Assembly: GCA_963747235.1 (NCBI GenBank)
Contig: CAVVEU010000024.1
Span: forward strand, 736,001-800,000
DNA from: an uncultured Candidatus Rokubacteria bacterium
GTDB taxonomy: Bacteria > Methylomirabilota > Methylomirabilia > Rokubacteriales > CSP1-6
Reading direction: 5' to 3'
Length of the DNA stretch: 64,000 nucleotides
Positions 10,337 to 21,219 of this stretch are shown in pieces. Numbering within the stretch: position 1 is the stretch's first letter; each line of letters starts with the position of its first letter. Below the pieces are notes generated by a model, which ran no database searches, was not told the origin of the DNA, and saw only the letters and a program-made list of their open reading frames with translations. Both the position numbers and the translations under genes were made by a program.

Positions 10337-11189
10337 CGCGCTCCCGTTGCCGTCCGGGGAGCGCGGAAGCCGCCGCGTCCGCCGCCTCACCGTCGGCGCC
10401 ACGCTCGTGGGCCTGTTCGCGGCCTCGGCGGTGCTCGCCCCGTGGCTCGCGCCGTACGACCCGACCGCGGTGCCGGCCGCGCTCAGCGAGGTCATGCTCC
10501 GCCCGCCCGAGCCCGCGCACCTCTTCGGCACCGACGCGCTGGCCCGCGATCTCTTCTCCCGCGTGCTCCACGGCGGCCGCGTCTCGCTCGCGCTCGGCCT
10601 CGGGGTGGAGGTGGTGGCCGCGACGCTCGGCGTCGCGGTGGGCCTGCTCGCCGGCTACCACGGCGGCTGGCGCGATTCGCTGCTGATGCGCGCCACCGAC
10701 GTGGTGATGGCCTTCCCCTCGCTGATCCTGGCCATCGGGCTGATCGCGGTCTTCGAGCGGCCGGGCCTCGACAAGGTGGCGCTCGTGCTGGTCGCGCTCG
10801 GCTGGACCACCATCGCGCGCGTGGTGCGGGGCGAGATCCTCTCGCTCAAGGAGCGGGACTACGTGCAGGCGGCCCGCGCGCTCGGGGTGGGCCACGGGAC
10901 GATCCTGGTCCGCCACCTCCTGCCGAACGCGGTCGGGCCCGATCATCGTCGCGGCCACCATCGGCGTCGGCAGCAACATGATCGCCGAGGCCGGGCTCTC
11001 GTTCCTCGGCCTCGGCGCCCAGTCCCCCACGATCTCCTGGGGCAGCATGCTCGCCGAAGGCCAGACCTTCCTCGCCTCCGCCCCCTGGGTCGCCTTCTTC
11101 CCCGGCGCCGCGCTGTTGCTCGCGGTGCTGGGGATCAACTGCTGGGCGACGCGTTGCGAGACCTGCTGGACCCGCGCTGGCGCGATTGA
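10326..11189 (+). CDS. ABC peptide transporter permease (DppC-like), frameshifted near 10940 and 11140
   Basis: HLFGTDALARDLFSR, YVQAARALG..RHLLPN; continues in the ORF 10978 frame (EAGLSFLGLG...SWGSML). Confidence 0.85.
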   Translation: MAVDALPLPSGERGSRRVRRLTVGATLVGLFAASAVLAPWLAPYDPTAVPAALSEVMLRPPEPAHLFGTDALARDLFSRVLHGGRVSLALGLGVEVVAATLGVAVGLLAGYHGGWRDSLLMRATDVVMAFPSLILAIGLIAVFERPGLDKVALVLVALGWTTIARVVRGEILSLKERDYVQAARALGVGHGTILVRHLLPNAVGPDHRRGHHRRRQQHDRRGRALVPRPRRPVPHDLLGQHARRRPDLPRLRPLGRLLPRRRAVARGAGDQLLGDALRDLLDPRWRD

Positions 11190-11253
11190 CCCGCGGCGAC
11201 GCAGTCGGGTCAACCGGCTGCTGCGAGATATACGGATCCGCTTCTCTATCTAA

Positions 11254-11287
11254 TGCGGGGGCCCAGAAATGGCCCCCGCACTCCCCC
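11254..11287. repeat. 34-bp palindromic repeat, copy 1 (REP-like)
   Basis: TGCGGGGGCC-CAGAAAT-GGCCCCCGCA-CTCCCCC, identical to 15234-15267. Confidence 0.9.
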
Positions 11288-11292
11288 AGTCG

Positions 11293-11330
11293 GCGGACAA
11301 CCGTTCCGAACAGCGGACAACCGTTCCGAA
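11293..11330. repeat. Direct tandem repeat 2 x GCGGACAACCGTTCCGAA (20-nt period)
   Basis: 18-mers at 11293-11310 and 11313-11330. Confidence 0.85.
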
Positions 11331-11386
11331 GGCGCCAGGCGTCGGGACAGGTGGCGTTTTGCGGTTCAGCAGTTTCAAAAAACCCG

Positions 11387-11561
11387 AGCGGAGGGGAGCG
11401 GGCGGGGCGGGGGCGCGGGGGTGCGGCCGGTGACTCGTTCCCTCCGGGGAACGCCTAGAGCGGCTTCCCGGATTGGGAACTCCTGCGGCGAGGTTGCGAG
11501 GGAGCGGGTCGTGGTCAGAGGCCGCACCCCCGCGCCCCCGCCCCGCCCGCTCCCCTCCGCT
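11387..11561 (-). repeat. Long-stem structured element, copy 1
   Basis: Perfect 42-bp inverted arms 11387-11428 / 11520-11561; core shares GGCCTCTGACCACGAC and GAGTTCCCAATC with the copies at 18738 and 34303. Confidence 0.9.
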
Positions 11562-11566
11562 TAACG

Positions 11567-12775
<1,209 letters not shown>

Positions 12776-12950
12776 GTGGGCCCTCCCGGCGCCGGTGCCT
12801 CTGGTACGGTGTCCTTCGCCCCCTGACGTGGCCCCAACCCTAGGGCCGAGGCGCGCGATTGTCAACGCCTCGGCAGGGGGCCCGCGTCTGGACTTGGAGG
12901 GCCCTCCGTGGTAGAAAAATGCGAGACTTACGCGACATTCGGCGCTGACC

Positions 12951-13940
12951 ATGCTCTCGATCTCCGACACGGCTACCGAGATGGTGAACTGGGTGTTCCC
13001 GGAGCACGCGGGGGCGCCCGGGCAGATCCACGGGGGGCGCATGATGCAGTGGATCGCCACCTGCGGCACCATCGCGGCCTCGCGGGTGGCGCGGGGCAAC
13101 GTGGTGCTGGGCGCGATGGACGACATCGACTTCCTGCACCCGGTCAAGGTGGGCGAGGTCGCGGTGCTGCGGGCCCAGGTGGAGTACGTCGGCCGGTGCT
13201 CGCTCGAGGTCGGGGTGCGCGTGTACGCCGAGAAGCCCGCGACCGGCGAGCGGGTGCTCACGCTGTCCTCCCACCTCGTCTTCGTCAAGGTGGACGAGCA
13301 GATCAAGCCGCTCCCGGTGCCGCAGACGGTGGCGCCGCGCGGGCCGGAGGAAGAGGCCCTGCACGCGGCGGCGGGCGAGCGGCGCGCCCGGCGGCTCGCG
13401 CGCTTCGCCCGGCGCGCCGAGCGCATGCGCGAGGTGGAGGACGACGCGCCCGAGCAGCTCCGCTGGCGGTTCGAGTCCTGCCGGTCGGTGCTGCCCGAGG
13501 ATCTGCTGTTCGGCAACACCATGTTCGCGGGCAAGCTGCTGCAGGACATCGACGAGGCGGGCGGTATCCTCTCCATGCGGTACTGCCGGGGCCTGGTCAT
13601 GACCGCGTGCCTGGACGCGCTCGACTTCTACGCGCCGATCCAGTCGAACGAGGTCGTGACGTTCCAGGCGGGCCTCAACCACGTGGGGACGTCGTCGCTG
13701 GAGATCGGGGTGAAGGTGCTGAGCGAGGTGCCGTGGACCGGCGAGACCAAGCACGCCTGCACCGCCTACCTCTCCTTCGTGCACCTGGGCACCGATCCGA
13801 GCGCTCCGCTTCGGCCCCAGCCGTGCCGGCCCTTCACGCCCGAGACCCCCGCCGAGCAGCGGCGCTGGGTCGGCGCGCTGCAGCGCCGAGCGCGGCGACT
13901 CGAACGCGTCAAAGCTGTGAAACTATCCCTCAGCGCGTAG
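12951..13940 (+). CDS. Acyl-CoA thioesterase, double hotdog fold
   Basis: Two hotdog repeats ([12 protein letters not shown]...[10 protein letters not shown]; [14 protein letters not shown]...LDFYAPI). Confidence 0.85.
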   Translation: MLSISDTATEMVNWVFPEHAGAPGQIHGGRMMQWIATCGTIAASRVARGNVVLGAMDDIDFLHPVKVGEVAVLRAQVEYVGRCSLEVGVRVYAEKPATGERVLTLSSHLVFVKVDEQIKPLPVPQTVAPRGPEEEALHAAAGERRARRLARFARRAERMREVEDDAPEQLRWRFESCRSVLPEDLLFGNTMFAGKLLQDIDEAGGILSMRYCRGLVMTACLDALDFYAPIQSNEVVTFQAGLNHVGTSSLEIGVKVLSEVPWTGETKHACTAYLSFVHLGTDPSAPLRPQPCRPFTPETPAEQRRWVGALQRRARRLERVKAVKLSLSA

Positions 13941-13949
13941 GAGATTGGC

Positions 13950-14702
13950 ATGTCTGGACACTCACGGTGGTCGCAGATCAAGCGGAAGAAGGGCAAGACC
14001 GACGTGCAGCGCGGGAAGCTGTTCTCGAAGATCCTGCGCGAGATCACGGTCGCGGCGAAGAACGGCGGGGGCGATCCCAAGGGCAACCTGCGCCTGAAGG
14101 CGGCCACGGAGTCGGCGCGGGCGGCCAACATGCCCGCCGACAACATCAAGCGGGCCATCCAGAAGGGCACCGGGGAGCTTCCCGGCGAGTCGTACGAGGA
14201 GATCTCGTACGAGGGCTACGGGGCGGGCGGGGTGGCGGTCATGGTGCGGACGCTGACCGACAACAAGAACCGCACCGGCCCCGAGATCCGGCACATCTTC
14301 GAGAAGAACGAGGGGCGGATGGGCACCTCGGGCTGCGTGGCCTGGATGTTCGACCGCCGGGGCATGATCGAGGTGGACGCCCAGAAGGTGAAGGAGGACG
14401 ATCTGCTCGAGAAGGCCCTCGACTCGGGGGCGACCGACGTCAAGCAGGTAGAAAAAGTGTTCGAGGTCACCGCGAGTCCTGATGAAATGGAGACGGTCCG
14501 CCAGGCGCTCGAGCGGCAGGGGATGCCGGTGGTCGAGGCGCGGGTGGACATGGTGCCGCAATCCACCGTGAAGGTAGAGGGTAAGGAGGCCGCGGCGGTG
14601 CTGCGGCTGATCGAGGCCCTCGAGGAGCAGGACGACGTCCAGTCCGTCTATTCCAACTACGACATCGCCGACGAGGTCATCGACGCCATCACCGCGGCCT
14701 AG
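13950..14702 (+). CDS. yebC: YebC/PmpR family protein
   Basis: MSGHSRWSQIKRKKG, YEGYGAGG, DDVQSVYSN; precedes ruvC. Confidence 0.95.
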   Translation: MSGHSRWSQIKRKKGKTDVQRGKLFSKILREITVAAKNGGGDPKGNLRLKAATESARAANMPADNIKRAIQKGTGELPGESYEEISYEGYGAGGVAVMVRTLTDNKNRTGPEIRHIFEKNEGRMGTSGCVAWMFDRRGMIEVDAQKVKEDDLLEKALDSGATDVKQVEKVFEVTASPDEMETVRQALERQGMPVVEARVDMVPQSTVKVEGKEAAAVLRLIEALEEQDDVQSVYSNYDIADEVIDAITAA

Positions 14703-14715
14703 CGCCCTTCGCGTC

Positions 14716-15308
14716 ATGGGGGTGGACCCGGGGCTCGTCGCCACCGGGTTCGGCGTGCTGGAGGTCGGCCCCGGCGGGGTGACGGTGTGCGACGCCGGCG
14801 TCATCAGCACGACCACCGGGCAGCCGCTGGAGGCCCGCCTGAACGCCCTGCATCGAGCGGTGCACCGGATCATCGAGCTGCAGAGCCCCGGCCTGCTCGT
14901 GGTCGAGGATCTCTACACCGAGTACAAGTTCCCGCGCACCGCCATCCTCATGGGCCACGCCCGGGGCGTGATCTACCTGGCCGCGCGCCAGCTCGGGGTG
15001 AGCGTGCTCGCGCTGGCCCCCTCGGAGGTCAAGCGCGCCATGACCGGCAACGGCGCGGCGGGCAAGGGCCAGATGCAGCGCGCGGTCCAGACCGTGCTCG
15101 GGCTCAAGGAGCTGCCGCGCCCCTCGCACGTGGCCGACGCGCTCGGGCTGGCCACCACCGGAATGTGGCGCATCACGGGCCGGGTGCCGGGCCCGGCGGG
15201 CGGACACTCGTTCACTTCTTCAGGCTCTTCATCTGCGGGGGCCCAGAAATGGCCCCCGCACTCCCCCCGCGCCCGCTCATCCCGTCGCGGATCACCGGCC
15301 GACCGTGA
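14716..15308 (+). CDS. ruvC: Holliday junction resolvase RuvC (C-terminal insert; probable indel)
   Basis: GVDPGLVATGFG, VVEDLY, PSEVKRAMTGNGAAGKGQM, HVADALGLA. Likely true stop TGA 15306-15308 overlapping the ruvA GTG. Confidence 0.9.
15234..15267. repeat. 34-bp palindromic repeat, copy 2, inside the ruvC 3' end
   Basis: Identical to 11254-11287. Confidence 0.9.
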
Positions 15309-15955
15309 TCGCTTCATTGCGGGGCAAGCTGCGGCGCAAGCTCGATGACCGCGTGGTCGTCGAGGCGGCGGGGGTGGGCTATGAGGTCTTCGTCCCGCCG
15401 GTGACCCAGCAGGAGCTCCTGCACGCCAAGGCCGGGGACGGGGACGCGGCCGACGAGGTGGCGCTCGAGATCCACTACCACGCCACCCAGAACCAGCCGC
15501 GGCCCGTGCTGATCGGCTTCACCTCGGAGCTCGACCGCGAGTTCTTCGAGAAGCTGATCACCGTGAAGGACGTGGGCCCGATGGTGGCGGCCCGCTCGCT
15601 GGCCGCGCCGGTCGGGGAGATCGCGGCGGCCATCGCGCGGCAGGACGAGGGCTATCTGCGCCGCCTGCCCGGCATCGGCCCCCAGAAGGCCAAGAACATC
15701 GTGGCGCAGCTCCAGGCCAAGGTGGCCAAGTTCGCGCTGGCCCGAGGCGAGGCGACGAGCCCGGAGCCGGCCGCGGTCGTCGCGCCCGACGAGGAAGCGC
15801 TGCGCGGCATGGTCTTCGACATCCTGGTGAAGCAGCTCGGCTACCGGCCGAGCGAGGCGGCCCCGATCATCGGCGCCGCGCTCGCCCGCCGGCCCGGCGT
15901 GACGACGCCCGAGGAGCTGCTCGACGAGATCTACCGTGGCGGCCGAAAGGCCTGA
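15305..15955 (+). CDS. ruvA: Holliday junction branch migration protein RuvA
   Basis: MIASLRGKL, GVGYEV, LRRLPGIGPQKA HhH motif; between ruvC and ruvB. Confidence 0.92.
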   Translation: MIASLRGKLRRKLDDRVVVEAAGVGYEVFVPPVTQQELLHAKAGDGDAADEVALEIHYHATQNQPRPVLIGFTSELDREFFEKLITVKDVGPMVAARSLAAPVGEIAAAIARQDEGYLRRLPGIGPQKAKNIVAQLQAKVAKFALARGEATSPEPAAVVAPDEEALRGMVFDILVKQLGYRPSEAAPIIGAALARRPGVTTPEELLDEIYRGGRKA

Positions 15956-15968
15956 CGTGGACGGGGGC

Positions 15969-17003
15969 ATGACCGACGAGGCCCGCGTCATGAGCCGCGT
16001 CGCCCTGCCGGAGGAGACGCAGGTCGAGCGGCAGCTCCGGCCGCAGCGCCTCGACGAGTACGTGGGGCAGCGCGCGGCGGTCGAGAGCCTGCGCGTGTCG
16101 GTCGAGGCGGCGCGGCGGCGCGGGGAGCCGCTCGATCACGTGCTGCTCTCGGGCCCTCCGGGACTCGGCAAGACCACGCTGGCCACCATCATGGCCAACG
16201 AGATGCAGGCGAACATCATCACCACCGCCGGCCCGTCCCTCGAGCGCGGCGCGGACCTCATGGGCATCCTGACCAACCTCGCCGAGAAGGACGTGCTCTT
16301 CATCGACGAGATCCACCGGCTGCCGCGCGTGGTCGAGGAATTGCTCTACCCGGCCATGGAGGACTTCTCGGTCAACTTCGTGATGGACAAGGGCCTCAAC
16401 GCCCGCACCATCCGGATTCCGCTCCGGCCCTTCACCATGGTGGGCGCGACCACGCGGCCGGGCATGCTCTCCTCGCCGCTGCGCGAGCGCTTCGGGATCT
16501 TCCACCACCTGGATTTCTACTCGGGCGAGGATCTCACCGCGATCATCAACCGCTCCGCGTCCATTCTCGGAGCCCCGATCGTCGCGGGCGGCGCGGAGGC
16601 GATCGCTCAGCGCGCGCGCGGGACGCCGCGCATCGCCAACCGCCTGCTGCGGCGGGTGCGCGACTACGCGCAGGTGAAGGCCGACGGCACCGTCACCCCG
16701 GAGGTGGCCGTCCGCGCGCTCGATCAGGAAGGGGTGGACGAAGTCGGGCTCGATCGGCTCGACCGGCGCTTCCTCATCGCGATCATCGAGAACTACAAGG
16801 GCGGGCCGGTGGGCCTGGAGGCGATCGCCGCGACCATCAACGACGAGGCCGAGACCCTCGCGGAAGTGGTCGAGCCCTACCTGCTCAAGATCGGCTACGT
16901 GGTTCGCAGCCCGACCGGCCGCCGCGCGACCGCCGCGGCGTACGCGCACCTGGGCCACGCGCTGCCGGCCACTCCGGGAGGGCAGGGGCAGCTACCGCTG
17001 TGA
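15969..17003 (+). CDS. ruvB: Holliday junction helicase RuvB
   Basis: LRPQRLDEYVGQ, GPPGLGKTT, FIDEIHRL, RGTPRIANRLLRRVRD. Confidence 0.97.
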   Translation: MTDEARVMSRVALPEETQVERQLRPQRLDEYVGQRAAVESLRVSVEAARRRGEPLDHVLLSGPPGLGKTTLATIMANEMQANIITTAGPSLERGADLMGILTNLAEKDVLFIDEIHRLPRVVEELLYPAMEDFSVNFVMDKGLNARTIRIPLRPFTMVGATTRPGMLSSPLRERFGIFHHLDFYSGEDLTAIINRSASILGAPIVAGGAEAIAQRARGTPRIANRLLRRVRDYAQVKADGTVTPEVAVRALDQEGVDEVGLDRLDRRFLIAIIENYKGGPVGLEAIAATINDEAETLAEVVEPYLLKIGYVVRSPTGRRATAAAYAHLGHALPATPGGQGQLPL

Positions 17004-17227
17004 TTCCGCTGGGCAAAATGCTTCTGCTATTCGGGCTCGTGATGGTACTCCTGGGAGTGGTCCTGCTCGTCGCGGGGCACTTCTCGGGGAAGGTGCCATG
17101 GCTCGGACGCTTGCCGGGAGACATCTACATCCAGCGCGGGAGCTGGACCTTCTACTTCCCGCTCGCCACCTGTCTCATCGTCTCCGTCGTCCTGACGCTG
17201 CTCTTCTCGCTCTTCAGCCGACGCTGA
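17000..17227 (+). CDS. DUF2905 family small membrane protein
   Basis: LGRLPGDI...FYFPLATCLIVS. Confidence 0.85.
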   Translation: MIPLGKMLLLFGLVMVLLGVVLLVAGHFSGKVPWLGRLPGDIYIQRGSWTFYFPLATCLIVSVVLTLLFSLFSRR

Positions 17228-18375
17228 TGCGGTCGTCGCTCGCCCTGCGGGCGGGCGCGCTCGTCGCGCTGGCCCTGCTCCTCTGCGCGGGCCCGGCGGC
17301 GGCCTCGGGGGACATCCGCGTGTCCATCGCCGAGGGGCTCCGCGTCGTCGAGGTGGGCGGCGGGCCCATGATGGTGAGCGATCTCGCCGGCCGGGCGGTG
17401 GTGGAGGATTCGCCGACCTGGCTCCGCGCCACGTGGAAGGGCGGCGCGCTCGAGGTCAGCGGCGGCGGGCGGCGCGTGGACGGCCTGCGGCTCGCCCCCG
17501 GCGACACCGGGTTCCTCCGCTTCAACGGCCGCGAGTACCCCGGCGCGCTCGAGATCGTGAAGACCGGCGACACGCTCACCGTGATCAACGAGCTGCCGCT
17601 CGAGGAGTACCTGGCGGGCGCGGTGAAGGCCGAGGCGGGCGACAAGATGCCGATCGAGATGCTGAAGGCGCAGGCGGTGGTGGCGCGCACCTACGCGGCC
17701 TATCACCGGCGCCTGAACGCCGAGAAGGCGTTCCACCTCGTCGCCTCGACGCTGAACCAGCAGTACATCGGCCGCGTGCCGACGGATTCGCCGGTCTGGG
17801 CCGCGGTGAACGAGACGGCCGGCCAGGTGCTGCTGTGGAACGGCGAGCTGTTCCCCGCCTTCTACCACACCGACAGCGGCGGGCACACCGAGGATCCGCG
17901 CGTGGTGTTCGCGACGGGGAACATGCCCGCGCTGAAGCCGGTGCGCGTCGAGTTCCCCTCCGCCTCGCCGCATCAGCGCTGGCGCCTCGATCTGCCCCTT
18001 GCCGATCTCTCCGCCGCGCTCCTCCGGGGCGGGGTGTCGGTCGGGCGCGTGCTGGCGCTCGACGTCCTCGAGCGGAGCACGTCCCTGCGGGTGGCGCGGA
18101 TCGCGGTCCGCGGCACCGCGGGCACCGTGACGCTCCGGGGCAACGACCTGCGCCGCCTGGTCGGCTACGACACGCTCAAGAGCACGCTCTTCGCGGTGGC
18201 GGTGGCGGGTCCGGTGGCCCGCTTCGTCGGTCGCGGCTACGGTCACGGGGTCGGGCTCGATCAGTGGAGCGCCAAGACCATGGCCGACCAGGGCTACAAC
18301 GCGCAGCAGATCGTCGCCTACTACTACCCGGGCGCCGTGCTCGCCACGCTTCCGTCCGCGCCCGCGGCCCGCTGA
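17227..18375 (+). CDS. SpoIID/LytB domain protein
   Basis: INELPLEEYLAGAV, LKAQAVVARTY, GRGYGHGVGLDQW, YYPG. Confidence 0.9.
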   Translation: MRSSLALRAGALVALALLLCAGPAAASGDIRVSIAEGLRVVEVGGGPMMVSDLAGRAVVEDSPTWLRATWKGGALEVSGGGRRVDGLRLAPGDTGFLRFNGREYPGALEIVKTGDTLTVINELPLEEYLAGAVKAEAGDKMPIEMLKAQAVVARTYAAYHRRLNAEKAFHLVASTLNQQYIGRVPTDSPVWAAVNETAGQVLLWNGELFPAFYHTDSGGHTEDPRVVFATGNMPALKPVRVEFPSASPHQRWRLDLPLADLSAALLRGGVSVGRVLALDVLERSTSLRVARIAVRGTAGTVTLRGNDLRRLVGYDTLKSTLFAVAVAGPVARFVGRGYGHGVGLDQWSAKTMADQGYNAQQIVAYYYPGAVLATLPSAPAAR

Positions 18376-18389
18376 GCGCTCCGACCGGC

Positions 18390-18722
18390 GTGAGCCTGTC
18401 CTGGGACGAGTTCGCGCGCGTGGACATGCGCGTGGGCGTCGTGCTCGCCGCCCAGGAGTTTCCCGAGGCGCGGCGACCCGCGCTCAAGCTCGAGATCGAC
18501 TTCGGGCCGCTCGGCGTCAAGCGGTCGAGCGCGCAGATCACCGACGCACTACACGCCGGCGCGCTGGTCGGCCGGCGCGTGGTCGCGGTCGTCAACTTTC
18601 CGCCGAAGCGGATCGGGCCGTTCGTCTCCGAGGTGCTCGTCCTCGGCGCGTACAGCTCGGCCGGCGAGGTGATCCTCCTTGCGCCTGATCTCGACGTGGA
18701 GCCGGGGGCGCGGATCGGGTAG
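18390..18722 (+). CDS. csaA: tRNA-binding/export chaperone CsaA-like protein
   Basis: FARVDMRVG, FPEARRPA.KLEIDFG.LGVKRSSAQIT, VVNFPPKRIGPFVSEVLVLG. Confidence 0.85.
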   Translation: MSLSWDEFARVDMRVGVVLAAQEFPEARRPALKLEIDFGPLGVKRSSAQITDALHAGALVGRRVVAVVNFPPKRIGPFVSEVLVLGAYSSAGEVILLAPDLDVEPGARIG

Positions 18723-18737
18723 CTCGCTCGCGGGAGG

Positions 18738-18909
18738 CGGGGCGTCGGGAGGGGCGGGGGGCGGCAGGTGGGCCTCTGACCACGACACGCTTTCTCGTCT
18801 TGTCGCCCTGGGGAGTTCCCAATCTGGGGTCGTGTGATTCCGGGCTTCCGTGGGGCGGGGAACGGGTCAGCCGGCCCACCTGCCGCCCCCCGCCCCTCCC
18901 GACGCCCCG
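18738..18909 (+). repeat. Long-stem structured element, copy 2
   Basis: Perfect 37-bp inverted arms 18738-18774 / 18873-18909 around the conserved core. Confidence 0.92.
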
Positions 18910-19014
18910 GTCTCTCTTCCTGGTTTCCCTCCACTGGGTTCCCGCTGCTGGTCTACGCTTCTGGCTTCTCTCTGTGTGTCCGCGGTTGTCTGGCTGGGCT
19001 ACACTTCGTGGGCT

Positions 19015-20054
19015 ATGGACGTTTCGCTCTTTGACTATTCGTTGCCGGCGGAGCTGATTGCGCAGGAGCCGGCGGAGCCTCGCGATGCTTCGCGGCTGCT
19101 CGTGGTCGATCGGGCGCGCGGGGCGTGGGAGGACCGGACGTTCGGCGATCTTCCTGAGCTCTTGCGGGCGGGGGATTGCTCTGGTGGCGAATCGGAGTCG
19201 GGTGATTCCGGCGCGGTTGCTGGGGACCGCGGTCGAGGGTGGGCGGCCGGTGGAGCTGTTGATGTTGCGGCCGGTCGGGGAGGGGCGGTGGGAGGCGCTG
19301 GTGCAGCCGGGGCGCCGGTGTCGGGTCGGGGCGCGGGTGGAGCTGGCGGGTGGGGCGGCGCGGGCGCGGATCGTGGGAGAGGCGGCCAGCGGGAGCGCGG
19401 GTCGTCGAGATCGAGGCGCCGTGGCCGGTGCGGGAGCTGCTGGAGCGGCATGGGTTGCCGCCGCTGCCGCCGTACATCGCGCGGCACGATGCGCCGAAGC
19501 CGGAGGATCGCGAGCGCTACCAGACCGTGTACGCGCGCGACGACGGGTCGGTGGCGGCGCCGACCGCGGGGTTGCACTTCACGCCGGAGCTGCTGGCGCG
19601 GCTCGCCGACCGGGGCGTCGCGGTGCACTACCTGACGCTGCACGTGGGGCCGGGCACCTTCCGGCCGCTGCGGGCCACGCGGCTCGACGAGCACCGCATG
19701 GAGGCGGAGCCGATCGAGATGCCCGAGGCGACCGCGCGCGCCGTGCACGAGGCGAAGCGCGACGGCCGCCGCGTCGTCGCGGTGGGGACGACCACGACGC
19801 GGGCGCTCGAGTGGGCGATGGGCGAGGACGGGCGGCTGCGCGAGGGAGCGGGCCTCGCCGATCTCTTCATCCGGCCCGGCCACCGCTTCCGCGTGGTGGA
19901 CGCGCTCATCACCAACTTCCACCTGCCGCGCTCGACCCTGCTGGTCCTGGTGGCGGCGCTCGCGGGCCGCGACCTGATCCTGGACGCCTACCGGCACGCG
20001 GTCGCCGCGCGCTACCGCTTCTACTCGTACGGCGACGCGATGCTGATCCAGTGA
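19015..20054 (+). CDS. queA: S-adenosylmethionine:tRNA ribosyltransferase-isomerase QueA (indels near 19180 and 19390)
   Basis: [59 protein letters not shown], spread across three frames. Confidence 0.93.
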
Positions 20055-21214
20055 GGGCGCAGCCCTTCGGCTTCGAGCTGATCCGCACCGACGGCGCCGC
20101 GCGCCTCGGCCGCATGCGCACCGCGCACGGCTCGGTGGACACGCCGGCCTTCATGCCGGTGGCGACGCAGGGCACGGTCAAGAGCCTGACCCCGGCCGAT
20201 CTCATCGCGGCCGGCGCGCAGATCGTGCTGGCCAACACCTACCACCTGCTCCTGCGCCCGGGCCACGAGCTGGTGCGCGAGCTGGGCGGCCTGCACCGCT
20301 TCATGGCCTGGGACGGGCCCATCCTGACCGACTCGGGCGGCTTCCAGGTGTGGAGCCTCTCCAACCTGCGGCGGATCGGGGAAGAGGGCGTCGAGTTCCG
20401 CTCCCACGTGGACGGGACGCTCCGCACCCTCACGCCGGAATCGGTCGTGGCCGTCCAGCACGCGCTCGGCGTCGACGTGCTCCATCCGCTCGACGAGTGT
20501 CTCGAGCACCCGGCCACCCTCGAGGAGACCGAGCGCTCGCTCGCGCTGACGCTGCGATGGCTCCGCCGGGCCGTCGCCGCGCACCGGGCCGCGGGCGCGC
20601 CGGGCGCGCTCTTCGGCATCGTGCAGGGCGGCACCTCGCCCGCGATGCGCCGCCGCGCGGTGGAGGAGACCTGCGCGCTCGACCTGCCGGGCTACGCCAT
20701 CGGCGGGCTCGCGGTGGGCGAGCCCAAGCCCGAGCTGTACGACATCGCGGAGCTGGTGGCCTCTCACTTGCCCGCCGACCGCCCGCGCTATCTCATGGGC
20801 GTGGGCAAGCCGACCGACCTGGTGGAGGCGGTGGCCCGCGGCGTCGATCTCTTCGACTGCGTGATGCCGACGCGCAACGCGCGCAACGGCCAGGCCTTCA
20901 CCCCGGACGGGCCGCTCAACATCGAGAATGCCCGCTTCCGCCACGACGGCGCGCCGCTCGACGCCGCGTGCCCCTGCGAGGCCTGCCGCCGCTTCTCGCG
21001 GGCCTATCTGCGCCACCTCTTCGCCGCGCGCGAGCTCCTCGGCTACCGGCTCCTGTCGCTGCACAACCTCACCTTCTACCTGGGACTCATGCGGCAGATG
21101 CGCGAGGCGGTGGCCCGTGGCGAGTTCGTCTCGTTCCGGTCTCGGTTTCTGGAGCGTTATGGGGTAGAATCCCTGCGCGGCTCGGCCGACATTCCCGCGG
21201 ACTCGGAGGCCTGA
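20051..21214 (+). CDS. tgt: tRNA-guanine transglycosylase
   Basis: [42 protein letters not shown]. Confidence 0.96.
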   Translation: MRAQPFGFELIRTDGAARLGRMRTAHGSVDTPAFMPVATQGTVKSLTPADLIAAGAQIVLANTYHLLLRPGHELVRELGGLHRFMAWDGPILTDSGGFQVWSLSNLRRIGEEGVEFRSHVDGTLRTLTPESVVAVQHALGVDVLHPLDECLEHPATLEETERSLALTLRWLRRAVAAHRAAGAPGALFGIVQGGTSPAMRRRAVEETCALDLPGYAIGGLAVGEPKPELYDIAELVASHLPADRPRYLMGVGKPTDLVEAVARGVDLFDCVMPTRNARNGQAFTPDGPLNIENARFRHDGAPLDAACPCEACRRFSRAYLRHLFAARELLGYRLLSLHNLTFYLGLMRQMREAVARGEFVSFRSRFLERYGVESLRGSADIPADSEA

Positions 21215-21219
21215 TTTTC

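Noticed and set aside
18813-18820. GAGTTCCC in the element core resembling the start of type I-E CRISPR repeats
   Set aside because: Only 8 nt match, with no repeat-spacer periodicity.
18738-19460. Diversity-generating retroelement as the cause of the halo
   Set aside because: No RT gene or TR/VR pair in the window, and the bias looks like C loss rather than A-to-N change.
19058-21214. QueA-Tgt fusion ORF (718 aa)
   Set aside because: A frameshifted middle piece of queA happens to share the tgt frame; queA has its own stop at 20054.
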